From positions 1,798,001 to 1,862,000 of the forward strand of contig NC_000964.3 of NCBI RefSeq assembly GCF_000009045.1: a stretch of DNA of 64,000 nt. Direction: 5' to 3'. Numbering within the stretch: position 1 is the stretch's first letter; each line of letters starts with the position of its first letter. The notes under the pieces are model-generated. The model ran no database searches. It saw only the letters and a list, made by a program, of their open reading frames with translations, and was not told where the DNA came from. The stretch comes from Bacillus subtilis subsp. subtilis str. 168 (GTDB taxonomy: Bacteria; Bacillota; Bacilli; Bacillales; Bacillaceae). This document shows, piece after piece, positions 45,301 to 53,935 of this stretch. The translations under genes and the position numbers were made by a program.

Positions 45301-48300
45301 CTGAAAAACAGTCCGTTCTATATCGTACGGGAAACGGAAGAATGGAAAGCGCTGAAAAATGAACAGGGAGAAGAGCTTCCTCGACGGGCAGGTGTCAGTT
45401 CATTTGGAATCGGCGGAGTAAACGCCCACGTGATTATCGAGGAATATATTCCGGAAGCATCCGATGAGAATATACCATCCATCGCGCCGGAACATCCGGG
45501 TATCTTCGTTTTATCGGCTAAAAATGAAGCGCGGCTAAAAGAACATGCACAGCAGCTGGCAGATGCGCTTGATAAGCAAACATATAGTGACGTAAATCTC
45601 GCCCGAATCGCTTATACACTGCAAGCCGGACGGGATGCGATGGAAGAACGTCTCGGGATTATTTCCGGTTCCATTGAGGATTTACAGAAAAAGTTAAAAG
45701 ACTTTGCAGCGGAGAAAAGCGGTGTGGAGGATGTATTTAAAGGCAGGATTGATAAAGGCACACTCCAAATGCTGACAGAGGACGAAGAGATTCAAGAAGC
45801 CGTCGAGAAATGGATGGAACGGGGAAAGTATGCAAAATTGCTTGAATTATGGGTAAAAGGGCTTGATGTAGACTGGACGAAATTGTATGGCGAGAATCTG
45901 CCAAAGCGCATCAGCTTGCCGACGTATCCTTTCGCAAAAGACCGTTATTGGATCTCTGATCATATTGAAAAAAGCGGCAGCATTGATGCAAATCAAGCAG
46001 CCTCCCGCCTTGGCGGAGCCGTGCTGCATCCATTAATGCATCAAAACACATCCAATCTCTCGGAACAAAGGTTTAGCTCTATTTATACGGGAGAAGAGTT
46101 TTTCCTTGCTGATCATGTTGTGAAAGGCCAACGGATTTTGCCGGGAGTGGCTCATCTTGAATTGGCGCGGGCAGCTGTTGAGCAGGCCGCAGAGGTACAA
46201 GGTGTACCGCGCATCATGAAGCTAAAGAATGCGGTGTGGGTGCGGCCTATTGTTGTAGAGGATCAGCCGCAGCAAGTACACATTAGGCTTTTACCGGGAG
46301 AAAATGGTGAGATCTCTTATGAAATCTATGGTCATTCAGACGTTACTGGCGAACAGTCAATCGTCTACAGTCAAGGCAGCGCGGTATTGAATCCTGCTGA
46401 AAATTTGCCGGCGGTTGATTTGCAATCTCTGCGGGAGCAGTGTCAGGAAAGTCATTTCAGCGTAAACGAAGTATACGACACCTATCGAATGATTGGATTT
46501 GAATATGGTCCTGCTTATCGCGGAGTGAAAAAAATCTATACAGCTGAACAATTTGTTTTGGCAAAATTGTCATTGCATCCGTCAGCTGCAGATACGCTCA
46601 GCCAATACAAAATGCACCCTGGGCTGATGGATTCTGCTTTGCAGGCGTCAAGCATTTTGACAGGAGCCGGGGATAACCAGCTGACACTGCCTTTTGCGGT
46701 CCAGGAGCTTGAAGTCTTCGGAGCATGTTCGTCAGAAATGTGGGTATACGCAAGATACAGCCAAGGCAGCAAGGCAACTGATAAGGTGCAAAAGCGCGAT
46801 ATGGATATTTTAGATGAGAGCGGCAATGTTTGCGTACGGATGAAAGGATTATCTTTCAGAGCAGCAGAAGGCGGCTCTGGATCGGCGGAATCTGATCAAA
46901 CGCTGGCAACCCTGATGTTTGAAGAAAAATGGGTGCCCAAGGATTTTAAAAAAGAAAGTCCTGAGCCTCATTACGAACGGCACATTGTCATGCTTTGCGA
47001 CATGAATGGCCTCTCAAAAGATCGCATTGAATCAAGAATGACAGGAGCGGAATGCATCGTTTTGGAGTCATTCCGCGAAGGACTTGCAGAGAGGTTCCAA
47101 GATTATGCCGAACAAGCGCTTGAGACGGTCCAGGGTCTTCTCAAAAGCAGACCTCAGGGCAATGTTCTGATCCAGCTGCTTACCTCTGCACAAAGAAAGC
47201 AGTACTCATTCTCAGGGCTATCGGCGCTCCTTAAAACCGCCGGCCTGGAGAATAAAAAACTAATCGGCCAGACGATTGAAATCGATTCACATGAAAATGT
47301 TGAAAGTGTAATAGAAAAACTGAAAGAGAATAAAAGGCACACAGAAGATCAGCACATCAAATATGAAAAAGGCAAACGGTACATCAATGATCTGGATGAA
47401 ATGCAAATAGATGATCGGGAAATAAGCATGCCGTGGAGAGATAAAGGTGTATACCTCATCACGGGCGGCGCAGGAGGACTTGGGTTTATTTTTGCAAAAG
47501 AGATTGCTCGCCAAGCCGAACAGCCTGTGCTCATTCTGACAGGCAGATCCGCGTTGAATGCGGATCAGCAGGCGGAGCTTAACGAACTTCAGCAATTAGG
47601 GGCTCGCGCAGAATACAGGCAGGTTGACGTGACACAAACGGAAGCAGCCTCCGAGCTTATCACAAGCATTACGTCTGATTACGAAGACTTGAATGGTGTC
47701 ATTCACAGCGCTGGGCTGATTAAAGATAACTATCTTATGAGCAAAACCAATGAAGAGCTGACACAAGTTCTCGCTCCTAAGGTGAAAGGGCTTGTGAATG
47801 TGGATGAGGCAACCGAGCATCTTGCGTTAGATTTCTTTATCCTCTTTTCTTCAATATCAAGTGTTGCCGGCAGCGCGGGACAGGCCGATTATGCAATGGC
47901 TAATGCATTTATGGACAGTTATGCTGCTTATCGGAATGCGCTTGTAACCGCCATGTACAGGCACGGACAAACGTTGTCAATCAATTGGCCGCTCTGGAAA
48001 GAAGGCGGCATGCGCGCGAATAAAGAAATTGAAAACATGACGTTGAAAAACACAGGTGTGACTCCAATGCGGACCGAGACCGGCATTCAAGCGCTGTATA
48101 AAGGTTTGGCATTTGGCAAAGATCAAGTCATCGTCATGGAAGGATTCAAAGACATGATGAGGGAAAAGCTGACTCAAAAGCCGTCTTCTGATGATGTACC
48201 AATGAAAACAGTGCAAGTACGGGTGACATCTGAAGCAAGAATGGATCAAGGGAATATGTTTGACCACATTCAAGAAGTTTTAAAGCAAACAATCTCTCAA

Positions 48301-51300
48301 TTGCTCAAAATCAAACCTGAAGAGATTGACCCGGACATGGAGTTTAATCAATATGGATTTGATTCGATTACGTTAACTGAATTCGCAAATACACTGAATG
48401 AGAAGTGCAAGCTGGATCTTACGCCTACGGTCTTCTTTGAGCACGCAACTGTTTATGCATTTGCAGGGTATCTGTCAGAAGAATATCCAAATGCTTTTAC
48501 AGCTCAAACGCCTGCCAAAGCTGAGGTGCTGATGCAGCCTGTCGAACAGAATATAAAAAATATGACGTTTTCGACTGAAAACCGCTTTGTAAAACCTTCG
48601 GTAACACCAATGCAAAAGGAAGCTGATCACAAGCCTGAGCCTATTGCGATTGTGGGGATGAGCGGCGTTTTCCCAAAGGCAAAAGACGTTGAGGAATATT
48701 GGAAGAACCTGTCATCGGGCGCAGATTGTATTACAGAGGTTCCAAAAGACCGCTGGGATTGGCAGGAGTATTACGGAGACCCTCTGAAAGAAGCGAATAA
48801 AACAAACGTCAAATGGGGCGGTTTTATTGATGAAGTTGCTGACTTTGATCCATTGTTCTTCGGCATATCTCCGCTGGAGGCTGAGCAGATGGAGCCTCAG
48901 CAGCGCCTGTTAATGACCTATGCGTGGAAGGCGGTAGAAGAAGCGGGACACTCAGCGAGAAGCCTGGCAGGAACCAAAACGGGCATCTTCATCGGGACAG
49001 GAAACACAGGGTACAGTTCACTTCTGTCAAATGTAGACATCGAAGGCTCAGCGGCTGCGAATATGAGTCCTTCTGCAGGACCGAATAGAGTCAGTTATTT
49101 CCTGAACATTCATGGGCCGAGTGAACCGATCGACACTGCGTGCTCAAGCTCTTTGGTCGCCATTCATCATGCGGTTTGCGCCATTGAAAATGGAAACTGT
49201 GAAATGGCGATTGCGGGAGGGGTCAACACGGTCGTAACTCCGCAAGGCCATATCGCCTATGATAAAGCCGGGGCGCTGAGCAAAGAAGGAAGATGCAAAA
49301 CATTTTCTGACAAAGCCGATGGATTCGCAGTCAGTGAAGGTGCCGGCATTCTCTTTCTGAAAAAGCTGACAGCGGCTGAACGAGACGGTGATCATATTTA
49401 CGGTGTCATTAAAGGAAGTGCGGTAAACCACGGTGGCCGCGCAAATTCTCTAACGACTCCTAATCCGAAAGCTCAGGCGGATGTCGTAAAAACAGCATAT
49501 GAAAAAGCGGGAATTGATCCAAGAACCGTAACTTATATTGAAGCGCATGGGACTGGAACAGAGCTGGGCGATCCAGTAGAAATCAACGGCTTAAAAGCGG
49601 CATTTAAAGAGCTGTATGAAAAAACGGGGGACCCGGCTGTTCATGGCAGCCATTGCGGACTTGGGTCAGCGAAAACAAACATCGGTCACTTATCACTGGC
49701 GGCCGGTGTGGCTGGTGTCATTAAAGTGTTATTGCAGCTCAAGCATAAAACGCTTGTCAAAAGTCTGTACAGTGAAACTGTTAATCCGTATATCAGACTG
49801 GATGACAGCCCGTTTTATATTGTGCAGGAATCGAGAGAGTGGCAGGCGCTTCGGGATGAAGCCGGCCGAGAGCTGCCGCGCCGCGCAGGTATCAGTTCGT
49901 TCGGGATAGGCGGCGTCAATGCCCACGTGGTCATTGAGGAATATATTCCGAAAGAAACAACCCATCCTGCAACAGCACCAGCCGTGACAGCACAGCACCC
50001 GGGCATCTTTATTTTGTCGGCAAAGGATGAAGATCGTCTGAAAGACCAAGCCCGGCAATTAGCAGACTTTATCAGCAAGCGATCTATCACTGCTCGTGAC
50101 CTCACTGATATTGCTTATACACTCCAAGAGGGGCGTGATGCAATGGAGGAGAGATTAGGGATCATCGCTGTCTCGACTGGGGACTTGCTGGAAAAACTGA
50201 ACCTCTTTATAGAAGGGGGCACCAATGCGAAGTACATGTACAGAGGCAGAGCAGAAAAAGGTATCGCACAAACATTGAGATCAGATGACGAAGTACAGAA
50301 AACGCTCAACAATAGCTGGGAGCCTCACATATATGAAAGACTGCTTGATTTATGGGTAAAAGGCATGGAAATAGGCTGGAGTAAACTGTATGACGGCAAA
50401 CAGCCGAAACGCATCAGCCTCCCTACCTATCCATTTGCGAAAGAACGCTACTGGATAACGGATACGAAAGAGGAGGCAGCCGCCCATCAAACAGCTTTAA
50501 AAACAGTCGAATCAGCAGCTTTGCATCCATTGATACATGTCAACACATCTGATTTGTCAGAGCAGCGTTTCAGCTCGGCCTTTACAGGTGCTGAGTTCTT
50601 TTTCGCCGATCATAAGGTGAAGGGAAAACCGGTTATGCCGGGCGTGGCATATCTTGAGATGGTTCATGCTGCCGTTACAAGAGCAGTGAGAAGAACCGAA
50701 GATCAACAATCTGTTATTCACATCAAAAATGTTGTGTGGGTGCAGCCGATTGTGGCGGATGGCCAGCCTGTTCAAGTGGATATCAGTCTAAATCCCCAGC
50801 AGGACGGCGAGATTGCTTTTAACGTCTATACAGAGGCTGCACACAATGATCGAAAGATACATTGTCAAGGCAGTGCTTCAATCCGTGGGGCAGGAGACAT
50901 TCCAGTCCAGGATATCAGCGCGCTTCAAGACCAATGCAGTTTAAGCACACTCTCACACGACCAGTGTTATGAATTGTTTAAGGCGATCGGCATTGACTAC
51001 GGACCTGGTTTTCAAGGGATAGATCGGCTTTACATCGGCCGCAATCAAGCCTTGGCAGAGCTTTCTCTGCCTGCTGGTGTAACTCACACACTGAATGAAT
51101 TCGTTCTTCATCCAAGTATGGCCGACTCTGCTTTACAAGCGTCGATCGGGCTAAAGCTGAATTCCGGTGACGAGCAGCTTTCTCTGCCTTTTGCGCTGCA
51201 AGAGCTAGAAATATTCAGCCCGTGTACAAATAAAATGTGGGTGTCTGTGACATCTCGTCCTAATGAGGACAAAATACAGAGACTGGATATTGATTTGTGT

Positions 51301-52875
51301 GATGAACAAGGCCGAGTGTGTGTAAGAATCAAGGGGATTACCTCAAGGCTGCTGGAAGAAGGCATACAACCGCCAGACGGGCCGACATCACTAGGAAACT
51401 CCAAAGCAACTCTTAACGGAGCGCTTCTTATGGCGCCGATATGGGATCGAGTGCAGCTGGAGAAGAGGAGCATTTCGCCTGCTGATGAGCGTGTTGTCAT
51501 CCTCGGAGGGGATGACAACAGCAGAAAAGCTGTTCAAAGGGAGTTTCCGTTTGCCAAGGAGCTGTACATTGAGCCGAACGCATCAATTCATAGAATTACA
51601 GGCCAGCTTGAAGCACTCGGATCGTTTGACCACATCGTGTGGATGTCTCCTTCTCGTGTGACAGAGTGCGAAGTCGGCGATGAAATGATTGAAGCCCAAG
51701 ATCAAGGCGTCATTCAAATGTATAGGCTCATTAAGGCAATGCTTTCTTTAGGCTATGGACAGAAGGAGATAAGCTGGACGATCGTGACGGTGAACACACA
51801 ATATGTTGATCAGCATGATATTGTCGACCCGGTCGATGCCGGGGTGCACGGCCTGATCGGTTCAATGTCAAAAGAATATCCAAATTGGCAGACAAAGCTG
51901 ATCGATGTTAAAAAATACGAAGACCTGCCGTTATCTCAACTCCTTTCCTTGCCTGCCGATCAAGAAGGGAATACGTGGGCCTATCGAAACAAGATTTGGC
52001 ATAAGCTTCGTCTAATTCCAGTACACAACAATCAACCGGTGCACACGAAGTATAAGCACGGAGGTGTTTATGTTGTCATAGGCGGAGCTGGCGGTATTGG
52101 TGAGGCGTGGAGTGAATATATGATCAGAACATATCAGGCGCAGATCGTTTGGATTGGCAGAAGGAAAAAGGATGCAGCCATTCAAAGCAAGCTGGACAGA
52201 TTTGCACGTCTAGGGCGAGCCCCGTATTACATTCAAGCAGATGCGGCTAACCGAGAGGAATTAGAACGCGCGTATGAAACAATGAAACAAACACATCGTG
52301 AAATCAACGGCATCATCCATTCTGCAATTGTCTTACAAGACCGAAGCCTGATGAATATGAGTGAGGAATGTTTCAGAAACGTTCTTGCTGCAAAGGTTGA
52401 TGTAAGCGTGCGAATGGCTCAAGTTTTCCGGCATGAACCACTGGATTTTGTTTTGTTTTTCTCTTCCGTACAATCGTTTGCAAGAGCTTCCGGACAAAGC
52501 AATTACGCTGCGGGTTGCAGTTTTAAGGATGCTTTTGCACAGCGGCTTTCTCAAGTATGGCCTTGTACAGTAGCCGTGATGAATTGGAGTTATTGGGGAA
52601 GCATTGGTGTTGTTTCATCACCGGATTACCAAAAGAGAATGGCTCAGGCAGGCATAGGCTCAATTGAAGCCCCTGAAGCAATGGAAGCTTTGGAATTGCT
52701 GCTCGGGGGACCGCTGAAGCAGCTAGTAATGATGAAAATGGCAAACGAAACGAATGATGAAGCGGAACAGACAGAAGAAACGATTGAAGTGTACCCGGAA
52801 ACTCACGGCTCCGCCATTCAAAAGCTGCGAAGCTATCACCCGGGTGACAACACAAAGATTCAACAACTGTTATAG
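36331..52875 (+). CDS. pksN: Hybrid NRPS/PKS PksN: docking helices-C-A-PCP-KS-DH-KR-ACP-KS-DH-KR-ACP-KS-DH-KR
   Basis: 5514-aa ORF. C domain HHIIFDG (36808-36828), A-domain cores YTSGSTGEPKG, YGPTE and SGD, PCP GGDS (39451-39462), then three KS-DH-KR sets. The recalled 5488-aa annotation corresponds to a start at ATG 36409. Confidence 0.97.
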   Translation: MNHKEILDAFRSGELTISEVEEHLKGMKRQLKSPLSEGQKGLWMLQKMSPGMSAYNIPLCFRFSKPIHAETFKKALLFVQRQYPVLASVIQEENGIPFQSVQLSKDLYFVEEDISAMKSADIMPFLKEKAKEPFQLEAGPLWRTHLFHRLEECIVLITIHHIIFDGVSMLTLISALFEAYQQLLNGIEPLQQPSTADYYDFVDWENRMLTGREGEEHLAYWKEQLSGSLPVLDLPADRPRSSARKFKGQAYKSLLPHHLRNQIKSFARTNHVNESVVFLSIYKVLLHHYTKQKDIIVGVPTMGRQEDRFETLIGYFINMMAVRSKNIGSQPLTAFIRELQLTVAVGLDHAAFPFPALVRELNVDRSAADSPVFQTAFLYQNFFQATGLQKVLEPYQTLGIEYIEDIRQEGEFELALEIYEQENETVLHLLYNPDLYELSSIESMMENYMKLAQHMMEDPSLPLEAYSLQLNQEQTSLLEQWNATGTNIANDKCIHEVFEEKAKQTPDAVAVMFEDRSLTYKEVDEKSTSVAVYLQHQGVRPEQPVGICAERSFDMIIGILGILKAGGAYVPLDPSFPQERLKYMLKDSQASIVLTQPNVHDRISGLTGSHVKAINIELACRNGYTDQQSSGLKREVKPEHLAYIIYTSGSTGEPKGVMVEHRSIMNTLNFLESHYPVTAEDAYLLKTNYVFDVSISELFGWFIGDGRLVILPPNGEKSPQLCMDYIETYKVTHINFVPAMLHVFLEMAKDNKRFTEDGPLKYMMVAGEAFPKVLVKKAVSLFTNCRVENIYGPTEASIYAAYFGCGKGDIASHHTPIGKPVSNTKIYIVDQHLKPVPIGKPGELCIAGAGLARGYFKKPGLTAEKFIDNPFESGTKLYKSGDSARWLPDGNIEYLGRIDSQVKIRGFRVELGAIETKLGEFPGILDQAVVVKQLEGHQQLAAYYTEESGHASANPKDLRLHLKSSLPEYMIPSHFIRLDELPLSPSGKVNRKELEKREIVFNRRKPNHLQLTEIEDQVLRIWEETLKVSGFGPEDGFFDAGGDSLLAVAVAERIKKEFDCEFHVTELFEYSTIRAISEYILEMKNSDLAGTQNEDDHDDKKDGKYPKQKIPPYFDDSVAIVGISCQFPGAKNHHDFWNHIKEGKESIRFFSEEELRANGVPEELIQHPDYVPVQSVIEGKDLFDPGFFQISPKDAEYMDPQLRLLLLHSWKAIEDAGYVAKEIPATSVYMSASSNSYRTLLPKETTEGHESPDGYVSWVLAQSGTIPTMISHKLGLKGPSYFVHSNCSSSLVGLYQAYKSLTSGESQYALVGGATLHAQSAIGYVHQNGLNFSSDGHVKAFDASADGMAGGEGVAVILLKKAVDAVKDGDHIYAIMRGIGINNDGAEKAGFYAPSVKGQTEVIQHVLDTTKIHPETVSYIEAHGTGTKLGDPIEMSALNKVYKQYTDKTQFCGIGSVKTNIGHLDTAAGLAGCIKVAMSLYHNELAPTINCTEPNPDIKFESSPFYVVRERKSLEKHAGVHRAALSSFGLGGTNAHAIFEQYENISDAGAENEGNQPYIIPISAKNSERLQVYAKEMLSYISQDEQRHFSLRDIAYTFQVGREAMDNRIVFIVNDLEEWKHQLEAFVTGKPLAEGCIQGEKTRMTSAEQLLGNAEADDMASSRISKEELRKLAEMWANGFHVEWRRLYPNIKPRRISLPTYPFAEERYWPESSTGAITTIEPSRLHPLVHHNTSVLSEQRFSSIFTGQEYFIAEHIIKGMAILPAAVTLEMARAAIEQGIGGLEDHETGIRLKNVVWVRPVVAGSEPVQVNIGLYDEDGGHIAYRMYGDPESADAEPVVYNQGKAELIQLKREKALDLSKIKKQCDQSKMDAASFYEGMIGADYGPGYKSVEAVYKGDGQLLAKLSLPESVAHTLGDYVLHPSVMDGALQAAEYLQNVVRAELSDTEDFKAALPFALEELEVFRQCVSDMWVYVQFNSKNKPGDLIQKVDIHLCDEHGMICVRLKGFSTRVMEADIQTEPSKINAETLLLQPVWQEQKAANSLAAKKYAEHLVFLCEYDHETRKQIEAAIEDVHVYSLEARPSSVDGRFHSYTEQVFKKVQEIIRTKPKDGILVQIVTSAEGEQQLFSGLTGLLKTACQENAKLTGQMIEVSSEESGESIAGKLLENQMSSDSYVKYQNGTRYIADWREIKQAKGDGSKPWKDNGVYLISGGAGGLGHIFAKEIAEQTKNATVILAGRSPLSESKSKKLKELHSKGADITYRQTDVTNKIEVYQLIDDIQKRYGRLNGILHSAGIIKDSYLVNKQAKDLHDVLAPKVKGLVYLDEASKDLPLDFFILFSSLSGSLGSIGQSDYAAANVFMDMYAGYRNRLADLSQRHGQTLSVNWPLWRDGGMQVDQETEKRLVQLAGIVPMRAEKGIQALYQALHSEANQVMVIEGDVQKIKQNMLAKNASAPMEKKEAEHMTEQINSIDADSLLDKVKAMLKREIAKLLKVKLETIDDHAEMTVYGFDSISMTEFTNHINRAYQLELTPTVFFDHPTIHAFGKHLSEEYQSVFAKTFAVRAVSAQLQPAAKQEQAVRAKAKRRRKQQVMLPNAIQSDAGPEPIAIVGISGIFPMAKDVEAYWNILKEGKDCMTEIPKDRWDWREYEGDPAKEVNKTNVKWGGFIDGIADFDPLFFGISPREAEQMEPQQRLLLTYAWKAIEDAGYSAKRLSGTKTGVFIGTGNTGYSSLLSKANSAIEGSAAANTSPSVGPNRVSYFLNLHGPSEPVDTACSSSLVAIHHAISSIEEGTCDMALAGGVNTIILPEVYISFDKAGALSKEGKCKTFSNQADGFAHGEGAGILFLKKLKAAEEAGDHIYGVIKGSAINHGGRAASLTTPNPKAQADVIQSAYQKAGIDPKTVTYIEAHGTGTELGDPVEINGLKSAFKALGVNEGDTSANPYCGLGSVKTNIGHLSLAAGAAGVIKILLQLKHKTLVKSLHCENVNPYIQLKNSPFYIVRETEEWKALKNEQGEELPRRAGVSSFGIGGVNAHVIIEEYIPEASDENIPSIAPEHPGIFVLSAKNEARLKEHAQQLADALDKQTYSDVNLARIAYTLQAGRDAMEERLGIISGSIEDLQKKLKDFAAEKSGVEDVFKGRIDKGTLQMLTEDEEIQEAVEKWMERGKYAKLLELWVKGLDVDWTKLYGENLPKRISLPTYPFAKDRYWISDHIEKSGSIDANQAASRLGGAVLHPLMHQNTSNLSEQRFSSIYTGEEFFLADHVVKGQRILPGVAHLELARAAVEQAAEVQGVPRIMKLKNAVWVRPIVVEDQPQQVHIRLLPGENGEISYEIYGHSDVTGEQSIVYSQGSAVLNPAENLPAVDLQSLREQCQESHFSVNEVYDTYRMIGFEYGPAYRGVKKIYTAEQFVLAKLSLHPSAADTLSQYKMHPGLMDSALQASSILTGAGDNQLTLPFAVQELEVFGACSSEMWVYARYSQGSKATDKVQKRDMDILDESGNVCVRMKGLSFRAAEGGSGSAESDQTLATLMFEEKWVPKDFKKESPEPHYERHIVMLCDMNGLSKDRIESRMTGAECIVLESFREGLAERFQDYAEQALETVQGLLKSRPQGNVLIQLLTSAQRKQYSFSGLSALLKTAGLENKKLIGQTIEIDSHENVESVIEKLKENKRHTEDQHIKYEKGKRYINDLDEMQIDDREISMPWRDKGVYLITGGAGGLGFIFAKEIARQAEQPVLILTGRSALNADQQAELNELQQLGARAEYRQVDVTQTEAASELITSITSDYEDLNGVIHSAGLIKDNYLMSKTNEELTQVLAPKVKGLVNVDEATEHLALDFFILFSSISSVAGSAGQADYAMANAFMDSYAAYRNALVTAMYRHGQTLSINWPLWKEGGMRANKEIENMTLKNTGVTPMRTETGIQALYKGLAFGKDQVIVMEGFKDMMREKLTQKPSSDDVPMKTVQVRVTSEARMDQGNMFDHIQEVLKQTISQLLKIKPEEIDPDMEFNQYGFDSITLTEFANTLNEKCKLDLTPTVFFEHATVYAFAGYLSEEYPNAFTAQTPAKAEVLMQPVEQNIKNMTFSTENRFVKPSVTPMQKEADHKPEPIAIVGMSGVFPKAKDVEEYWKNLSSGADCITEVPKDRWDWQEYYGDPLKEANKTNVKWGGFIDEVADFDPLFFGISPLEAEQMEPQQRLLMTYAWKAVEEAGHSARSLAGTKTGIFIGTGNTGYSSLLSNVDIEGSAAANMSPSAGPNRVSYFLNIHGPSEPIDTACSSSLVAIHHAVCAIENGNCEMAIAGGVNTVVTPQGHIAYDKAGALSKEGRCKTFSDKADGFAVSEGAGILFLKKLTAAERDGDHIYGVIKGSAVNHGGRANSLTTPNPKAQADVVKTAYEKAGIDPRTVTYIEAHGTGTELGDPVEINGLKAAFKELYEKTGDPAVHGSHCGLGSAKTNIGHLSLAAGVAGVIKVLLQLKHKTLVKSLYSETVNPYIRLDDSPFYIVQESREWQALRDEAGRELPRRAGISSFGIGGVNAHVVIEEYIPKETTHPATAPAVTAQHPGIFILSAKDEDRLKDQARQLADFISKRSITARDLTDIAYTLQEGRDAMEERLGIIAVSTGDLLEKLNLFIEGGTNAKYMYRGRAEKGIAQTLRSDDEVQKTLNNSWEPHIYERLLDLWVKGMEIGWSKLYDGKQPKRISLPTYPFAKERYWITDTKEEAAAHQTALKTVESAALHPLIHVNTSDLSEQRFSSAFTGAEFFFADHKVKGKPVMPGVAYLEMVHAAVTRAVRRTEDQQSVIHIKNVVWVQPIVADGQPVQVDISLNPQQDGEIAFNVYTEAAHNDRKIHCQGSASIRGAGDIPVQDISALQDQCSLSTLSHDQCYELFKAIGIDYGPGFQGIDRLYIGRNQALAELSLPAGVTHTLNEFVLHPSMADSALQASIGLKLNSGDEQLSLPFALQELEIFSPCTNKMWVSVTSRPNEDKIQRLDIDLCDEQGRVCVRIKGITSRLLEEGIQPPDGPTSLGNSKATLNGALLMAPIWDRVQLEKRSISPADERVVILGGDDNSRKAVQREFPFAKELYIEPNASIHRITGQLEALGSFDHIVWMSPSRVTECEVGDEMIEAQDQGVIQMYRLIKAMLSLGYGQKEISWTIVTVNTQYVDQHDIVDPVDAGVHGLIGSMSKEYPNWQTKLIDVKKYEDLPLSQLLSLPADQEGNTWAYRNKIWHKLRLIPVHNNQPVHTKYKHGGVYVVIGGAGGIGEAWSEYMIRTYQAQIVWIGRRKKDAAIQSKLDRFARLGRAPYYIQADAANREELERAYETMKQTHREINGIIHSAIVLQDRSLMNMSEECFRNVLAAKVDVSVRMAQVFRHEPLDFVLFFSSVQSFARASGQSNYAAGCSFKDAFAQRLSQVWPCTVAVMNWSYWGSIGVVSSPDYQKRMAQAGIGSIEAPEAMEALELLLGGPLKQLVMMKMANETNDEAEQTEETIEVYPETHGSAIQKLRSYHPGDNTKIQQLL
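36430..39580 (+). other. NRPS module C-A-PCP of PksN (Ala incorporation)
   Basis: HHxxxDG, A-domain cores and GGDS. The hand-extracted specificity code is DVSNMAIIYK. The Ala assignment comes from the known bacillaene structure. Confidence 0.85.
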
Positions 52876-52881
52876 GAGGGG
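52874..52881 (+). promoter_or_regulatory. RBS for pksR overlapping the pksN stop
   Basis: TAGGAGGGG upstream of ATG 52890. Confidence 0.85.
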
Positions 52882-52889
52882 AAACGCCA

Positions 52890-53935
52890 ATGCTGAACAC
52901 AGAAGACATTCTCTGTAAAATGCTTTTCGCACAATTACAGTCCATAGGGTTTTTCACAGAAAGTAAATCCCAGCCGGTATTGGAGAATTTCTATGGCAGA
53001 TGGTTTGAAGAAAGCCAATCGATTTTAGAACGGCATCAATTTCTCAAGCGAACGGAGAACGGACATGTTCCAACACGCTCAATAGGCACCATGAGCGAGC
53101 TGTGGAAAGAATGGAATGAACAAAAATTTGACCTGCTTCAAGACAATAATATGAAAGCCATGGTGACATTGGTGGAGACAGCACTTAAAGCCTTGCCGGA
53201 GATTCTGACCGGCAAGGCGTCAGCCACCGATATCCTGTTTCCGAATTCATCTATGGATTTAGTAGAAGGGGTCTATAAAAACAATCAAGTCGCAGACTAT
53301 TTTAATGATGTTCTTGCAGATACGTTAACAGCCTATCTGCAAGAACGTCTGAAGCAAGAGCCTGAGGCGAAGATTCGAATATTAGAAATCGGAGCCGGGA
53401 CCGGCGGGACAAGCGCGGCTGTTTTTCAAAAATTGAAAGCATGGCAGACACATATAAAAGAATATTGTTATACAGATCTGTCTAAAGCTTTTTTAATGCA
53501 TGCAGAAAATAAGTATGGTCCTGACAATCCATATTTGACATATAAACGATTTAATGTCGAGGAGCCGGCGTCTGAACAGCATATTGATGCGGGAGGCTAC
53601 GACGCGGTCATCGCGGCAAATGTGCTTCATGCCACAAAAAATATCCGGCAGACATTGCGAAATGCAAAAGCAGTTTTGAAAAAAAACGGGCTGCTCCTTT
53701 TAAATGAAATAAGTAATCATAATATATATTCGCATTTGACGTTCGGCCTTTTAGAGGGCTGGTGGCTGTATGAGGATCCTGATCTCCGCATACCGGGCTG
53801 CCCGGGCCTGTATCCAGACACTTGGAAAATGGTGCTTGAGAGTGAAGGATTTCGCTATGTTTCCTTTATGGCTGAACAATCGCATCAACTCGGCCAGCAG
53901 ATCATTGCCGCTGAAAGTAACGGAGTCGTCCGTCA
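52890..53935 (+). other. C-methyltransferase domain at the PksR N-terminus
   Basis: Same motifs as the PksM MT and collinear with it. Confidence 0.9.

Noticed and set aside
53679-53686. A8 homopolymer in pksR as a phase-variation site
   Set aside because: A run this long is expected by chance in 64 kb at this base composition, and the frame is intact.
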